Virus record (IMG/VR): IMGVR_UViG_3300011113_000640
Coordinates: 1-64,000 of that record
DNA length: 64,000 nucleotides
Strand: one strand, 5' to 3'
Shown piece by piece: positions 37,159-45,243 of the stretch. Below the pieces are notes generated by a model. It was not told the DNA's origin, made no database searches, and was given only the letters and a program-made list of their open reading frames with translations. A program made the translations under genes and the position numbers. Within the stretch, counting starts at the first letter, position 1. The number at the start of each line of letters is the position of its first letter.

Positions 37159-37740
37159 CTATTTGAATCGTATGTGCAAGGTTCTTTTTTTGTTAGAAGT
37201 TTCTAACACTTTGATCACTTCGTATTCGGAACTGAGTTGATCTGCTTGCTGGTGTGCCGTTAAATTGCCGCGAAAATCCATGATTATTACTGCATCTTCA
37301 GAGGCATGATCTTGAATAAATTTCTTGTAGGTGGTCACTGGATAGTGGAATCCACAACTGAGCCAGCTGTAAATCACATCAAATTTCACATCCGCAGGTA
37401 CGTCTAAAGTGGCACCATCCACGTGAGTGTAAGTCATACCCTGTGAATCCCACGCTTGGCGGAGTCGTTTGATGGGTAGATACCATTGAAAGCTGTCTAC
37501 TGTGCCCCATTTGCCTATTCTTTTACCAGGACTGTTGCTCAGGTCACTTTCTAGTAGATATAATTCACATGCATATTTTTTTTGAAACAGTTCGCTGGTC
37601 TTGGCAAATCCGCAACCAATGTCCAGGATACGCCGTGGTGGTCGTGCTATATAGGCATCCATGCGTTCAAAAAGCTGACGCTTGCCTTCGATATATTGTG
37701 GTTTGCACCATACATCTTGATAATTCAAACTGTTGTCCAT
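37159..37740 (-). CDS. Class I SAM-dependent methyltransferase
   Basis: ILDIGCG, FDVIYSWLSCGFHYP. Confidence 0.85.
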   Translation of the reverse strand: MDNSLNYQDVWCKPQYIEGKRQLFERMDAYIARPPRRILDIGCGFAKTSELFQKKYACELYLLESDLSNSPGKRIGKWGTVDSFQWYLPIKRLRQAWDSQGMTYTHVDGATLDVPADVKFDVIYSWLSCGFHYPVTTYKKFIQDHASEDAVIIMDFRGNLTAHQQADQLSSEYEVIKVLETSNKKRTLHIRFK

Positions 37741-37748
37741 GTTGTTTC

Positions 37749-37991
37749 CTAAATGTTAATGTGCCGTTTTGACCACGGATCCCAGATTACCAAGTTGTCC
37801 CAACCATGGGTCCAAGTTACCAAAAAAAGGCTCAAAGTATTGTGATCGAATATGTGCATGCGGTTGTCCTCCACTCGCGCGGCTATGCTCTTAGAAGAAG
37901 TCGTCCAGCGTGTGAGCAGATTTCGGGCATCTGCATCACGCAGGATTACTGTGAACAAGGGTTCACCAGAACGATAAACAGATGTGGTCAT
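37749..37991 (-). CDS. Hypothetical protein
   Basis: 80-aa ORF. Confidence 0.6.
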   Translation of the reverse strand: MTTSVYRSGEPLFTVILRDADARNLLTRWTTSSKSIAARVEDNRMHIFDHNTLSLFLVTWTHGWDNLVIWDPWSKRHINI

Positions 37992-38228
37992 CTAATGTAG
38001 AGGTTGATCAACAGGTCTTGGTGTGTTGACCTGGTCTACATATTTAACAAAATCTTCATCTAAGATCACTCGCTCAAGATCATGTGCGGCTGCTTTGTCA
38101 TCGGGCACGCCCAGCACACGCATGATGCCACCCACATGCACTTCGGTGATGCCACAGTCGTAGAGTACTGCCATGAGATTGAGTATGGCCATGCGTATGG
38201 CCTGATCTACGTCAAGATTTTCCAGCAT
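37992..38228 (-). CDS. Hypothetical protein
   Basis: Start reset to MLENLD to avoid overlapping the upstream lipoprotein. Confidence 0.55.
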   Translation of the reverse strand: MLENLDVDQAIRMAILNLMAVLYDCGITEVHVGGIMRVLGVPDDKAAAHDLERVILDEDFVKYVDQVNTPRPVDQPLH

Positions 38229-38241
38229 AAAAATACTTATG

Positions 38242-38535
38242 CTATCGGTATCTGCTTTCGATTTCTTGTACGCTAGAAGGTTGGACGCCGGTGGTGGTAA
38301 TTTGTAACTTGATCGTACCATCGGCTTGACAGATTTCTTCTTGCTGTAGTGCGCGACCCAGTCTACAGTCTTGCTGGGCCACGGCACTGACAGCATGATC
38401 TGTGGCTGTTCGTCCTGTGGTTTCTGTGATGGCCACACTGGTTATACCAATGCCCGTGACCACCAAAGGAGCCGCCGCACACCCAGACAGCAGTGCGGCA
38501 GTGATTAGTATGGTTGGAAAAATAGATCTTGACAT
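38242..38535 (-). CDS. Hypothetical lipoprotein
   Basis: Lipobox LLSGC. Confidence 0.7.
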   Translation of the reverse strand: MSRSIFPTILITAALLSGCAAAPLVVTGIGITSVAITETTGRTATDHAVSAVAQQDCRLGRALQQEEICQADGTIKLQITTTGVQPSSVQEIESRYR

Positions 38536-38568
38536 TGTCTAGCACACTAAGATAATGTGCTAGACAAT
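38534..38568. repeat. 13-bp inverted repeat with 9-nt loop overlapping a start codon
   Basis: ATTGTCTAGCACA-CTAAGATAA-TGTGCTAGACAAT. Confidence 0.8.
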
Positions 38569-38593
38569 ATCAGGGGCACAGGGCCCCCGAAGA

Positions 38594-38923
38594 TTAGGCT
38601 GTTACTTTGTCTGCGCTTTTTGCAGAAGCACTTGCCTTGGTTGCTTTGACCCGTACTTCGCCTTTCTTGGCGATCTTGGTCTTTTCTGCCAGCTTGTTGG
38701 CTACTGCATAGCCAGCGTCACCGGTCTGACCCAAGCTCTGTAAATGCTGGAGAGCTTCTAACTTGGTCATTGCCTTGGGCAATTCGATCAAGTTGATGTC
38801 AGTACAACCTGCCTTGTTGAGGATCTTGATACGTGCTACCAAGTCGTTGGCGAAACGAGCCTTGACTGTGCCATCGGCATTGGTTGCTGTACCTGCTACT
38901 GTGAATAATTTTTCTGCTGCCAT
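38594..38923 (-). CDS. Basic protein with K/A-rich tail (possible DNA-binding)
   Basis: KTKIAKKGEVRVKATKASASAKSADK. Confidence 0.7.
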   Translation of the reverse strand: MAAEKLFTVAGTATNADGTVKARFANDLVARIKILNKAGCTDINLIELPKAMTKLEALQHLQSLGQTGDAGYAVANKLAEKTKIAKKGEVRVKATKASASAKSADKVTA

Positions 38924-38985
38924 TTTGTGTTGCCTTTCTAAGTTGCCTTACTAAGTTGATAAATTTACTACTCGCTACAATAACC

Positions 38986-39014
38986 ATTATACTTGATATT
39001 GGCGTCAATGTCAA
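38986..39014 (-). promoter_or_regulatory. sigma70-type promoter TTGACA-17-TATAAT
   Basis: Perfect consensus. Confidence 0.8.
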
Positions 39015-39043
39015 CCATAATAGCTATATTTGGTGGACCAAAA

Positions 39044-39205
39044 TTACTGCTTTTGATCCGGAATCGCAATTGGCCATGGATCCTTTTCCAAAACACCAGT
39101 GACCACACCATTGGTAACGTCTACAGCTTTGGCCAAAAGATTCTTGGTCACAGTGGGATACAAAACTGCTAAGGTAACTAGGATGCCCAAAATGAATCCT
39201 TTCAT
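39044..39205 (-). CDS. Small membrane protein
   Basis: Start reset to MKGFILG; one TM segment. Confidence 0.6.
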   Translation of the reverse strand: MKGFILGILVTLAVLYPTVTKNLLAKAVDVTNGVVTGVLEKDPWPIAIPDQKQ

Positions 39206-39378
39206 TTTTTGTCTCCGCTCATTTTGTCCTTGGTCCATTCGGCTGCGCTTGTCACGTCCTTGCCCAAACCAGCCACAGTGCCGCAACCAGACAGCATGAT
39301 CAACATTACTACAATCAAGGTCGCTATGCCCAAGGTGGGACCATTCAATGCCATCCAGGCCATTAATCTATCTTTCAT
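39202..39378 (-). CDS. Entericidin EcnA/B-like lipoprotein (58 aa)
   Basis: Not in the ORF track. Hand translation ...MLIMLSGCGTVAGLGKDVTSAAEWTKDKMSGDKK fits the lipobox-C-x-T-x-x-G-x-G-x-D pattern. Confidence 0.7.
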   Translation of the reverse strand: MKDRLMAWMALNGPTLGIATLIVVMLIMLSGCGTVAGLGKDVTSAAEWTKDKMSGDKK

Positions 39379-40037
39379 ACTGCCTCCTGCTTTTGAATTT
39401 TGACACGACTCAGTTGCGTGGCACGGTCAGCGTGTCTTTTGACACGGCCACAAATTCGAATATTGGCACCGGGCTCGATGCGTTCGCGATAGGCAAAGAA
39501 CGCCTGACGATTAGTATCGGTGATCACGGTCACATAGTGGGTGTTGTATTGGCTGCTGTAGTTGCTACGCACCACTTCGCCGGTGATTTCTACACGTTCA
39601 TCTACTCGGCCCACAGGATCCGAATCACAGTAAGCCAATCTACCATCCACGGTTTCACGTGTCAAATTCTGGGCATGACTCTTGGGCATGGCTGTGATCA
39701 CACTCAGTTGGTAATCGGTAGTAATTGTGTCTAGACCGGCCATTTCAGCTGTGAGCAGATCCCATTCAGTGGCACGATTCCGCAAGGCGCTCATGGTGGC
39801 CTGTTTCAAAAGATCTTGGCGACATTTGCGTCCTTGTTCTAGATCGTCGGCGGTAACAGAGTCAGGCTCGGCCAAGTAAAGTCGTACCAGTTCACGATTG
39901 GTAGGGCGTACGATCTTGCCTTCCGCAGTGACTTGTGGTTGCTTGAAGTAGCCACCGTTGACCCGGTATGCGGCCGAGGCCGCGGCCCAGACCCGATCTG
40001 CTGTGAGATCCAGAGTGGGTCGTTGACGTTTAGCCAT
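39375..40037 (-). CDS. Hypothetical protein with C-terminal OB-fold-like domain
   Basis: VEITGEVV..ICGRVKRH..TQLSRVK. Confidence 0.65.
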   Translation of the reverse strand: MAKRQRPTLDLTADRVWAAASAAYRVNGGYFKQPQVTAEGKIVRPTNRELVRLYLAEPDSVTADDLEQGRKCRQDLLKQATMSALRNRATEWDLLTAEMAGLDTITTDYQLSVITAMPKSHAQNLTRETVDGRLAYCDSDPVGRVDERVEITGEVVRSNYSSQYNTHYVTVITDTNRQAFFAYRERIEPGANIRICGRVKRHADRATQLSRVKIQKQEAV

Positions 40038-40191
40038 TGCGAGTCTCGGTCATGAATGTGTCCAAGGCCTGACCTTGTTCTGGAGTCAGCAGACGCATGT
40101 TGCGGACCATGTGCTCCACTGAACTCAAATCGTCCAGGTCTTGGTCCACGGCATACAGTCTCATGATTTCTACAGCTTGATCCAATGTCAT
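40030..40191 (-). CDS. 53-aa hypothetical protein
   Basis: Hand translation MTLDQAVEIMRLYAVDQ..., with RBS AGGA. Confidence 0.55.
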   Translation of the reverse strand: MTLDQAVEIMRLYAVDQDLDDLSSVEHMVRNMRLLTPEQGQALDTFMTETRNG

Positions 40192-40306
40192 TTTAGTCCT
40201 TGTTCAAAAAGTACTGGTTTTTCTTTAGAGTCTATAACCAGTAAAAATAGACTGCAAGTTTCTGGGGTATCAAGGCTCCCCAAGGACCGCACGGCCCCAT
40301 TACAGC

Positions 40307-40654
40307 CTAATCCAACCTCGAGCCAGCATAGGCACGAAAACCATATTTCTCAAAAACCTTAGCAGCCGCTTCGGCACCGGCTTCAAGGGTGTCGATATTT
40401 TGCACACCCATTTCCGACGGATTCCAGATTTGGTATGAACCGGTGTAGGATTTACGAATTCCTGCGGCCTTGAATGCTTTACCAAGACGGGTATTGCCTT
40501 TGACACCGTAGATGTCAACCCAGGCAAACCCACAACTGAATTGATCTTTGCCACCCAGCTTCTCCTGGAAGAATTTTTCAGCGGCTTCGCGGGCGGCCTG
40601 TTTGGCTTCGTTCACGATGGTGTTTACTTGAATAATGTTATTGATTTCTGTCAT
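40307..40654 (-). CDS. Early hypothetical protein
   Basis: AAGGAG RBS and its own promoter. Confidence 0.75.
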   Translation of the reverse strand: MTEINNIIQVNTIVNEAKQAAREAAEKFFQEKLGGKDQFSCGFAWVDIYGVKGNTRLGKAFKAAGIRKSYTGSYQIWNPSEMGVQNIDTLEAGAEAAAKVFEKYGFRAYAGSRLD

Positions 40655-40686
40655 CTCTTGCTCCTTTTTATTAACTATACAACTAT

Positions 40687-40715
40687 TATAGCAAATCGGT
40701 AAATTCTGGTCAACC
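40687..40715 (-). promoter_or_regulatory. sigma70 promoter TTGACC-17-TATAAT, copy 1 of a 29-bp direct repeat
   Basis: TATAGCAAATCGGTAAATTCTGGTCAACC, identical to 41043-41071. Confidence 0.85.
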
Positions 40716-40721
40716 GGGCAG

Positions 40722-40737
40722 GTTAGTGCCCACTAAC
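40722..40737. promoter_or_regulatory. Palindrome GTTAGTG-CC-CACTAAC upstream of the -35 box
   Basis: Same half-sites and same offset from the -35 box as 51280-51295. Confidence 0.6.
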
Positions 40738-41010
40738 TTACATGCTCCAGTAACTTTCACTGGCCGGACTGCAAAAATGTGGAGTATCATACCGCTCAGT
40801 GAACTCTCGACCACCCATTAGATTTTGCTTGGTTACAAAGGTCTCGTGAACTTCTGCAATAAAGCCTCGAAACTTCAAAACTTCAACCACGCTGTTGATA
40901 TAGTCTTGGGTCACAGGCTCAAAATCACGTTTTTCTACCAGTCTACGACCAGCTTTGATCCTGCGATCGGCTTTGTAAACTTCTACGGTGTATGCTGTAA
41001 GTTTGCTCAT
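40738..41010 (-). CDS. Early hypothetical protein
   Basis: AAGGAG RBS and its own promoter. Confidence 0.75.
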   Translation of the reverse strand: MSKLTAYTVEVYKADRRIKAGRRLVEKRDFEPVTQDYINSVVEVLKFRGFIAEVHETFVTKQNLMGGREFTERYDTPHFCSPASESYWSM

Positions 41011-41042
41011 CTTTTGCTCCTTATTGTTTACTATAATACTAG

Positions 41043-41071
41043 TATAGCAAATCGGTAAATTCTGGTCAACC
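41043..41071 (-). promoter_or_regulatory. sigma70 promoter TTGACC-17-TATACT, copy 2 of the 29-bp direct repeat
   Basis: Identical to 40687-40715. Confidence 0.85.
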
Positions 41072-41086
41072 TTTTGGTAAACCCGT

Positions 41087-41114
41087 AAAAAAGCCCTATT
41101 TTACTAGGGCTTTT
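41087..41114. terminator. Rho-independent terminator (bidirectional shape)
   Basis: AAAAAAGCCCTA-TTTTAC-TAGGGCTTTT. Confidence 0.8.
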
Positions 41115-41125
41115 GAGTGTTGTTT

Positions 41126-41851
41126 TTAGACAACAGAACCAGCCCAGGGCGTGGTCGACAACCATTTCTTATAGATACTGTCAGCTGTGGTCTGATGCTG
41201 TGCCAAATGATACGGTAAACCTGCCAGCATGGAGATTTTGTCCTGTACGGTTTCATACAGCGATCTTGATTCAGCCCATTTGGCATCATCTTCTGCCACC
41301 CAGCTCTGCATTTTGGTTTCCGTGATTTCAATGTGGAACTGCATGGCCAGATGTGGACCCATGGCCCAGGCCTGATTGGGGCATACTGGGCTGGTAGCCA
41401 CTCGCACTGCACCTGCAGGTATGCCAAACGATTCATAGTGCCAATGCGCCACGGTGTTGGTGGGGGTGTCTCCAAACCACTCTCGAGCCACGTCTAGATT
41501 TTCATATTGGATGGGTTGCCATCCTATCTCTGGTTGAGCACTAGGACCTATAGTTGCACCCAGGGCACGGCTCATAAGTTGTCCACCTAGACAATGTCCA
41601 ACCACCGGACGATCCAAGCGCATGGCCTGCAGGATAAGGATTTCTGCTTGACGATTACTGAGCAAAGGATCATTGGCACTCATGCCACCGCCCATGACAG
41701 CCAGGGCCGAGTAAGGTTCTATACTAGCAGGAAACTCTTCATCGGCGCCAGCATTGAATATGACATAGTCAACACGATGCCGCTCCAACCATGTGGTTAG
41801 ATAAGCGGCATTTTCGGGTAGTTGATGTTGTAAGATTGCTACTGGTCGCAT
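41126..41851 (-). CDS. Class I glutamine amidotransferase (GMP-synthase-like GATase1)
   Basis: MGGGMSAND, GHCLGGQLM, HWHYE, QFHIE (Cys-His-Glu triad). Confidence 0.9.
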   Translation of the reverse strand: MRPVAILQHQLPENAAYLTTWLERHRVDYVIFNAGADEEFPASIEPYSALAVMGGGMSANDPLLSNRQAEILILQAMRLDRPVVGHCLGGQLMSRALGATIGPSAQPEIGWQPIQYENLDVAREWFGDTPTNTVAHWHYESFGIPAGAVRVATSPVCPNQAWAMGPHLAMQFHIEITETKMQSWVAEDDAKWAESRSLYETVQDKISMLAGLPYHLAQHQTTADSIYKKWLSTTPWAGSVV

Positions 41852-41878
41852 CTGGGTATTTAACCCAGATTGGCACCA

Positions 41879-42886
41879 TTATTTTTTGATCAAAGCCCAC
41901 TGCTCGCTACGGATGCGATCTGTGACTGCCTTGGGCAGGGGAACATAGTCTAGATCAAGAGCACTTTTACCACCCTTGTCCCAAGCATAAGCAAAGAACT
42001 TGAGTACTTCTTGTGTGGCTTTGACGTCTTTGGGTTCACGATATACCAACACAAACGTGGCACCAGTGATGGGCCAAGCATCAGCACCCTTTTGATTCAC
42101 CAGGCTGATACCCATGCCCGGTGTTTTAAACCAGTCAGCGTCCTTGGCAGCTGCGGCAAAAGTCGTGTCATCGGGTTGCACGTATCGTCCATCACGATTC
42201 TGCATCTTCACGTGAGGAATGTTGTTTTTCTTGGCATAGGCATATTCCACATAGCCAATCGAACCTTTCACACGGTTGACCACAGCGGACACACCTTCAT
42301 TGCCCTTGCCACCCACGGCTGTGGCTGGAATCCATTTTACAGCGGCACCTTTGCCCATGCGTTCAGCCCAGGACTTGGATACTTCGTTCAAATAGTCTGT
42401 GAAGATAAATGTTGTGCCGGATCCATCAGCACGATGCACCACAGTGATTGGCAAGTCGGGCAAGGTCTTGCCAGGATTCAAGGCCGCAATCCGAGCATCG
42501 TTCCACTTGGATATAGTTCCAAGATAGATGTCTGCCAAGACTGCGCCTGTGATCTGTAGTTCACCAGGTTTGAAACCATCAAGGTTTATGATAGGAACCA
42601 CACCGCCCAACACAGTGGGGAACTGGATCAAGCCGGCCTGGGCTAGATCTGCTACATTCATGGGTGCATCAGTGGCACCAAAGTGAACTGTGCCAGCACG
42701 GATCTGCTTGATACCGCCCGAGCTACCAATGCTCTGATAGTTGAGCTTGACACCGGTGATTTTTTGATAATCCACTGACCATTGCGAGTAGATGGGAAAT
42801 GGGAATGTGGCACCTGCTCCTGTGATTTCCACAGCAGACACCGAAGTCGCTAATACAGTCAATACAGCGGCTAAAAACTTTTTCAT
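41879..42886 (-). CDS. pstS: Phosphate ABC transporter substrate-binding protein
   Basis: GAGATFPFP, YQSIGSSGG, FGATDAP, HRADGSGTT, GGKGNEGV, IGYVEYAYA, WPITGATF. Confidence 0.97.
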   Translation of the reverse strand: MKKFLAAVLTVLATSVSAVEITGAGATFPFPIYSQWSVDYQKITGVKLNYQSIGSSGGIKQIRAGTVHFGATDAPMNVADLAQAGLIQFPTVLGGVVPIINLDGFKPGELQITGAVLADIYLGTISKWNDARIAALNPGKTLPDLPITVVHRADGSGTTFIFTDYLNEVSKSWAERMGKGAAVKWIPATAVGGKGNEGVSAVVNRVKGSIGYVEYAYAKKNNIPHVKMQNRDGRYVQPDDTTFAAAAKDADWFKTPGMGISLVNQKGADAWPITGATFVLVYREPKDVKATQEVLKFFAYAWDKGGKSALDLDYVPLPKAVTDRIRSEQWALIKK

Positions 42887-42930
42887 TGGATCTCCTTGAT
42901 AGTTGTTGTGCGAAGGCACACGTTTACTTA

Positions 42931-42959
42931 ATTACAATTTTGTTACAGTTTTATGACAT
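42931..42959 (-). promoter_or_regulatory. Pho box (PhoB site), three 11-bp-spaced repeats
   Basis: Minus strand ATGTCAT-AAAA-CTGTAAC-AAAA-TTGTAAT versus the E. coli consensus CTGTCAT-A(A/T)A(T/A)-CTGTCA(C/T), directly upstream of pstS. Confidence 0.85.
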
Positions 42960-42987
42960 GTCCGGTTACGGCTCCGGCGACACCTGA

Positions 42988-43995
42988 TCATTGTGCCCGA
43001 TTCACTTCTACTAAATTGTCACGGAATATGCGCCAACATGCGTCCCAGGTCCAACGCAGGCTGGCCTGTTCTACCTGGTCACGATCCAAGGTCAAGCAAC
43101 GTTCCACGGCATGTGCCAGGTTCCAGTCTAGATATCCCGTCACACCCGACTCCACTATGTCTATGGGCCCGGGCACAGGATATGCTGCCACCGGAGTGCC
43201 GCAGGCCAGGGCTTCGATGTTGACCACACCAAAGGTATCAGCTCGGCTGGCGAACACAAACACATCGGCCTGTGCATAGTAGCCGGCCAACTCCAGACCA
43301 CGCTGTGCGCCCACAAATTCCACTGTGGGATATCTGCGTTCCAATTCGGCTCGATAAGGACCATCTCCCACTATGATTTTGCGACACCAAGGCATGTCCA
43401 GCCGACAAAAATCTTCCAGACCTTTTTCACGACTCACACGACCTACGCTGAGCAGTACAGGTCGTACGTTTGAGCCAGATCGTAAACTACTGCTAAAGTA
43501 GGTGCGGTCCACACCGCGAGTCCAGACTTGAAGATTCTCAAAGCCACGAGCTGTTAACTCTTGCTCGATGCTGGCGGTTGTGACCAACACACGTTGACTA
43601 TTTTTGTGGAACCACTGCAGATACCACCAAGTCCACGACTCTGGAACATGATACATGCGTTTCAAAAACTTGGCAAAGTCTGTGTGGTAACTTGTATTGT
43701 AAGGAACACAGTTACGTTCGCACCACCAGCGGGCAAAGAAACCTACCGGACCTTCTGTAGCGATGTGTATAAAGTCTGGACGTAGCGTCTTAATTTTTTT
43801 GCTGATACCGTGCGGCCAGCACAGACGAACTTCAGGATAACCAGGGCAAGCAAAATTAGGGAACTGAGAGGGATCAACATAAACAACACGATAGCCGTCA
43901 CGGTCAGCATGATCTTCCAAGTTCCGGAAAGTTGTGACCACACCGTTGATTTGACCGGGCACATTGTCAGTTATGATCAGGATCGTTTTTGACAT
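42988..43995 (-). CDS. GT4 glycosyltransferase, Agt-like glycolipid (MGDG/GADG) synthase
   Basis: QINGVVTT, YPEVRL, HIATEGPVG, TSYHTDF, WTRGVD, VGRVSREKG, VGDGP, DTFGVVNIEALACGTPVAA. Confidence 0.85.
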   Translation of the reverse strand: MSKTILIITDNVPGQINGVVTTFRNLEDHADRDGYRVVYVDPSQFPNFACPGYPEVRLCWPHGISKKIKTLRPDFIHIATEGPVGFFARWWCERNCVPYNTSYHTDFAKFLKRMYHVPESWTWWYLQWFHKNSQRVLVTTASIEQELTARGFENLQVWTRGVDRTYFSSSLRSGSNVRPVLLSVGRVSREKGLEDFCRLDMPWCRKIIVGDGPYRAELERRYPTVEFVGAQRGLELAGYYAQADVFVFASRADTFGVVNIEALACGTPVAAYPVPGPIDIVESGVTGYLDWNLAHAVERCLTLDRDQVEQASLRWTWDACWRIFRDNLVEVNRAQ

Positions 43996-44150
43996 GACGT
44001 GACTACCTTGAAACTGTCAAACTTGAGCCAATAGGCCACCGTGGCCTGTGCTCGCACGCATTCTGCTTCGGTGGCAAACTCAATGCTTGCTCTTCCGGGC
44101 ACGTCTTGAGGATTGTTCACGTGAACTGCTATCAACATCAGCAACCACAT
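43977..44150 (-). CDS. 57-aa hypothetical protein between plcP and agt
   Basis: Hand translation MWLLMLIAVHVNNPQDVPGRASIEFATEAECVRAQATVAYWLKFDSFKVVTSCQKRS. Overlaps both neighbours. Confidence 0.5.
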   Translation of the reverse strand: MWLLMLIAVHVNNPQDVPGRASIEFATEAECVRAQATVAYWLKFDSFKVVTSCQKRS

Positions 44151-44904
44151 CATCTGTCTCCTTGGTCCATGTAACTATTTCCCACTGTCCTGAATGATGT
44201 TCAACTAGGGCTGTCATTGACTCAACCCAGTCTCCATCGTTCATGTAGACTACACCATCTATTTCTTTGATTTCTGCGTGGTGGATGTGTCCGCATATAA
44301 CACCATCGAATCCACGCTTCTTGCAGTACGCGGCAAGATTACGTTCGAACTGAAACAAAAAGTCACTAGCTTTCTTGACTTTGTATTTGAGATATTTGCT
44401 TAGACTCCAGTAGCCCAAGCGTAGTCGACGACGCACAGCATTAAATTGTGAATTTAGATTCAATACAAAATCATACAGTTTATCACCTAAAAATGCCAGC
44501 CATGGTGCCAATCTGGTGATGCCGTCAAACAAGTCACCGTGTGTGACTAGATAGTGTCGACCGTCTACGCCAATGTGTTCTGCTTGATTTACAACTTCGA
44601 TTAGGCCAAATCCAATGCCCAATGGTATAAGTGGTCTTAGAAATTCATCATGATTGCCAGCCACATAGATTACTCTGGTACCACGTTTGGCATGCCCCAT
44701 TACTCTACGGATCACATTGGTATGGCTCTGTTTCCAACGCCATCGGTTCTGTTGTATTTTCCAGGCGTCAATGATATCACCTACAAGATAAAGTGTTTCG
44801 CAGGTGTGGTGTTTGAGAAAGTTGTTGAGTTGTTCAGCCTTGCAGTCCTTGGTACCAAGGTGTACATCTGAAATGAATATTGATCTGTAAGTGCGGCCCG
44901 TCAT
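44080..44904 (-). CDS. plcP: Calcineurin-like metallophosphoesterase, PlcP-type phospholipase C (often mis-annotated as UDP-2,3-diacylglucosamine hydrolase)
   Basis: YRSIFISDVHLG, LVGDIID, GNHDE, HGDLFD, WLAFLGD..Y, GYWSLS.YLK.KVK.A..F..FE, DGVICGHIH, YMNDGDWVES.TALVE. Confidence 0.85.
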   Translation of the reverse strand: MTGRTYRSIFISDVHLGTKDCKAEQLNNFLKHHTCETLYLVGDIIDAWKIQQNRWRWKQSHTNVIRRVMGHAKRGTRVIYVAGNHDEFLRPLIPLGIGFGLIEVVNQAEHIGVDGRHYLVTHGDLFDGITRLAPWLAFLGDKLYDFVLNLNSQFNAVRRRLRLGYWSLSKYLKYKVKKASDFLFQFERNLAAYCKKRGFDGVICGHIHHAEIKEIDGVVYMNDGDWVESMTALVEHHSGQWEIVTWTKETDDVVADVDSSSREQSSRRARKSKH

Positions 44905-44925
44905 GCATTATTTACAGGCCCGTGT

Positions 44926-44943
44926 GTTACAGTTGTGTTACGA
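44926..44943 (-). promoter_or_regulatory. Pho-box-like tandem repeat upstream of plcP
   Basis: Minus strand TCGTAAC-ACAA-CTGTAAC with an 11-bp period, followed by TAAATA and ATG 44904. Confidence 0.6.
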
Positions 44944-45243
44944 CAGTCGCATCACTGCCATGAGTGCTTCGTTGGCATCCCAGAACACCCAATACCAGCG
45001 TTGATGTGTGTCGTTGTCTAGAAACACGGGTTCGGCTCTGTAGCGTAGGGCTCGGATGTCCGCATCCATGGCTTCCCATGTTGACCAGGCAAAACCACGC
45101 AAGCCCACACGTCGGTTGCGGTCCACGGGATCAACTACCAGCACTGACGCTGGTGGATTGTCGTAGTAACGATCTACCTGTTTTTGTTTTTCGTAATAGG
45201 GAATATGGCGTTCAAGCCATGTGGGCCAGTCTACAACTTGCAT
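44938..45243 (-). CDS. Hypothetical protein
   Basis: 101-aa ORF. Confidence 0.6.
   Translation of the reverse strand: MQVVDWPTWLERHIPYYEKQKQVDRYYDNPPASVLVVDPVDRNRRVGLRGFAWSTWEAMDADIRALRYRAEPVFLDNDTHQRWYWVFWDANEALMAVMRLS

Noticed and set aside
44080-44904. LpxH (lipid A biosynthesis) annotation
   Set aside because: The WLA.LGD..Y / YWSLS..LK.KVK.A segment, the adjacent GT4 gene and the Pho box fit the PlcP subfamily better. Phylogeny is still needed.
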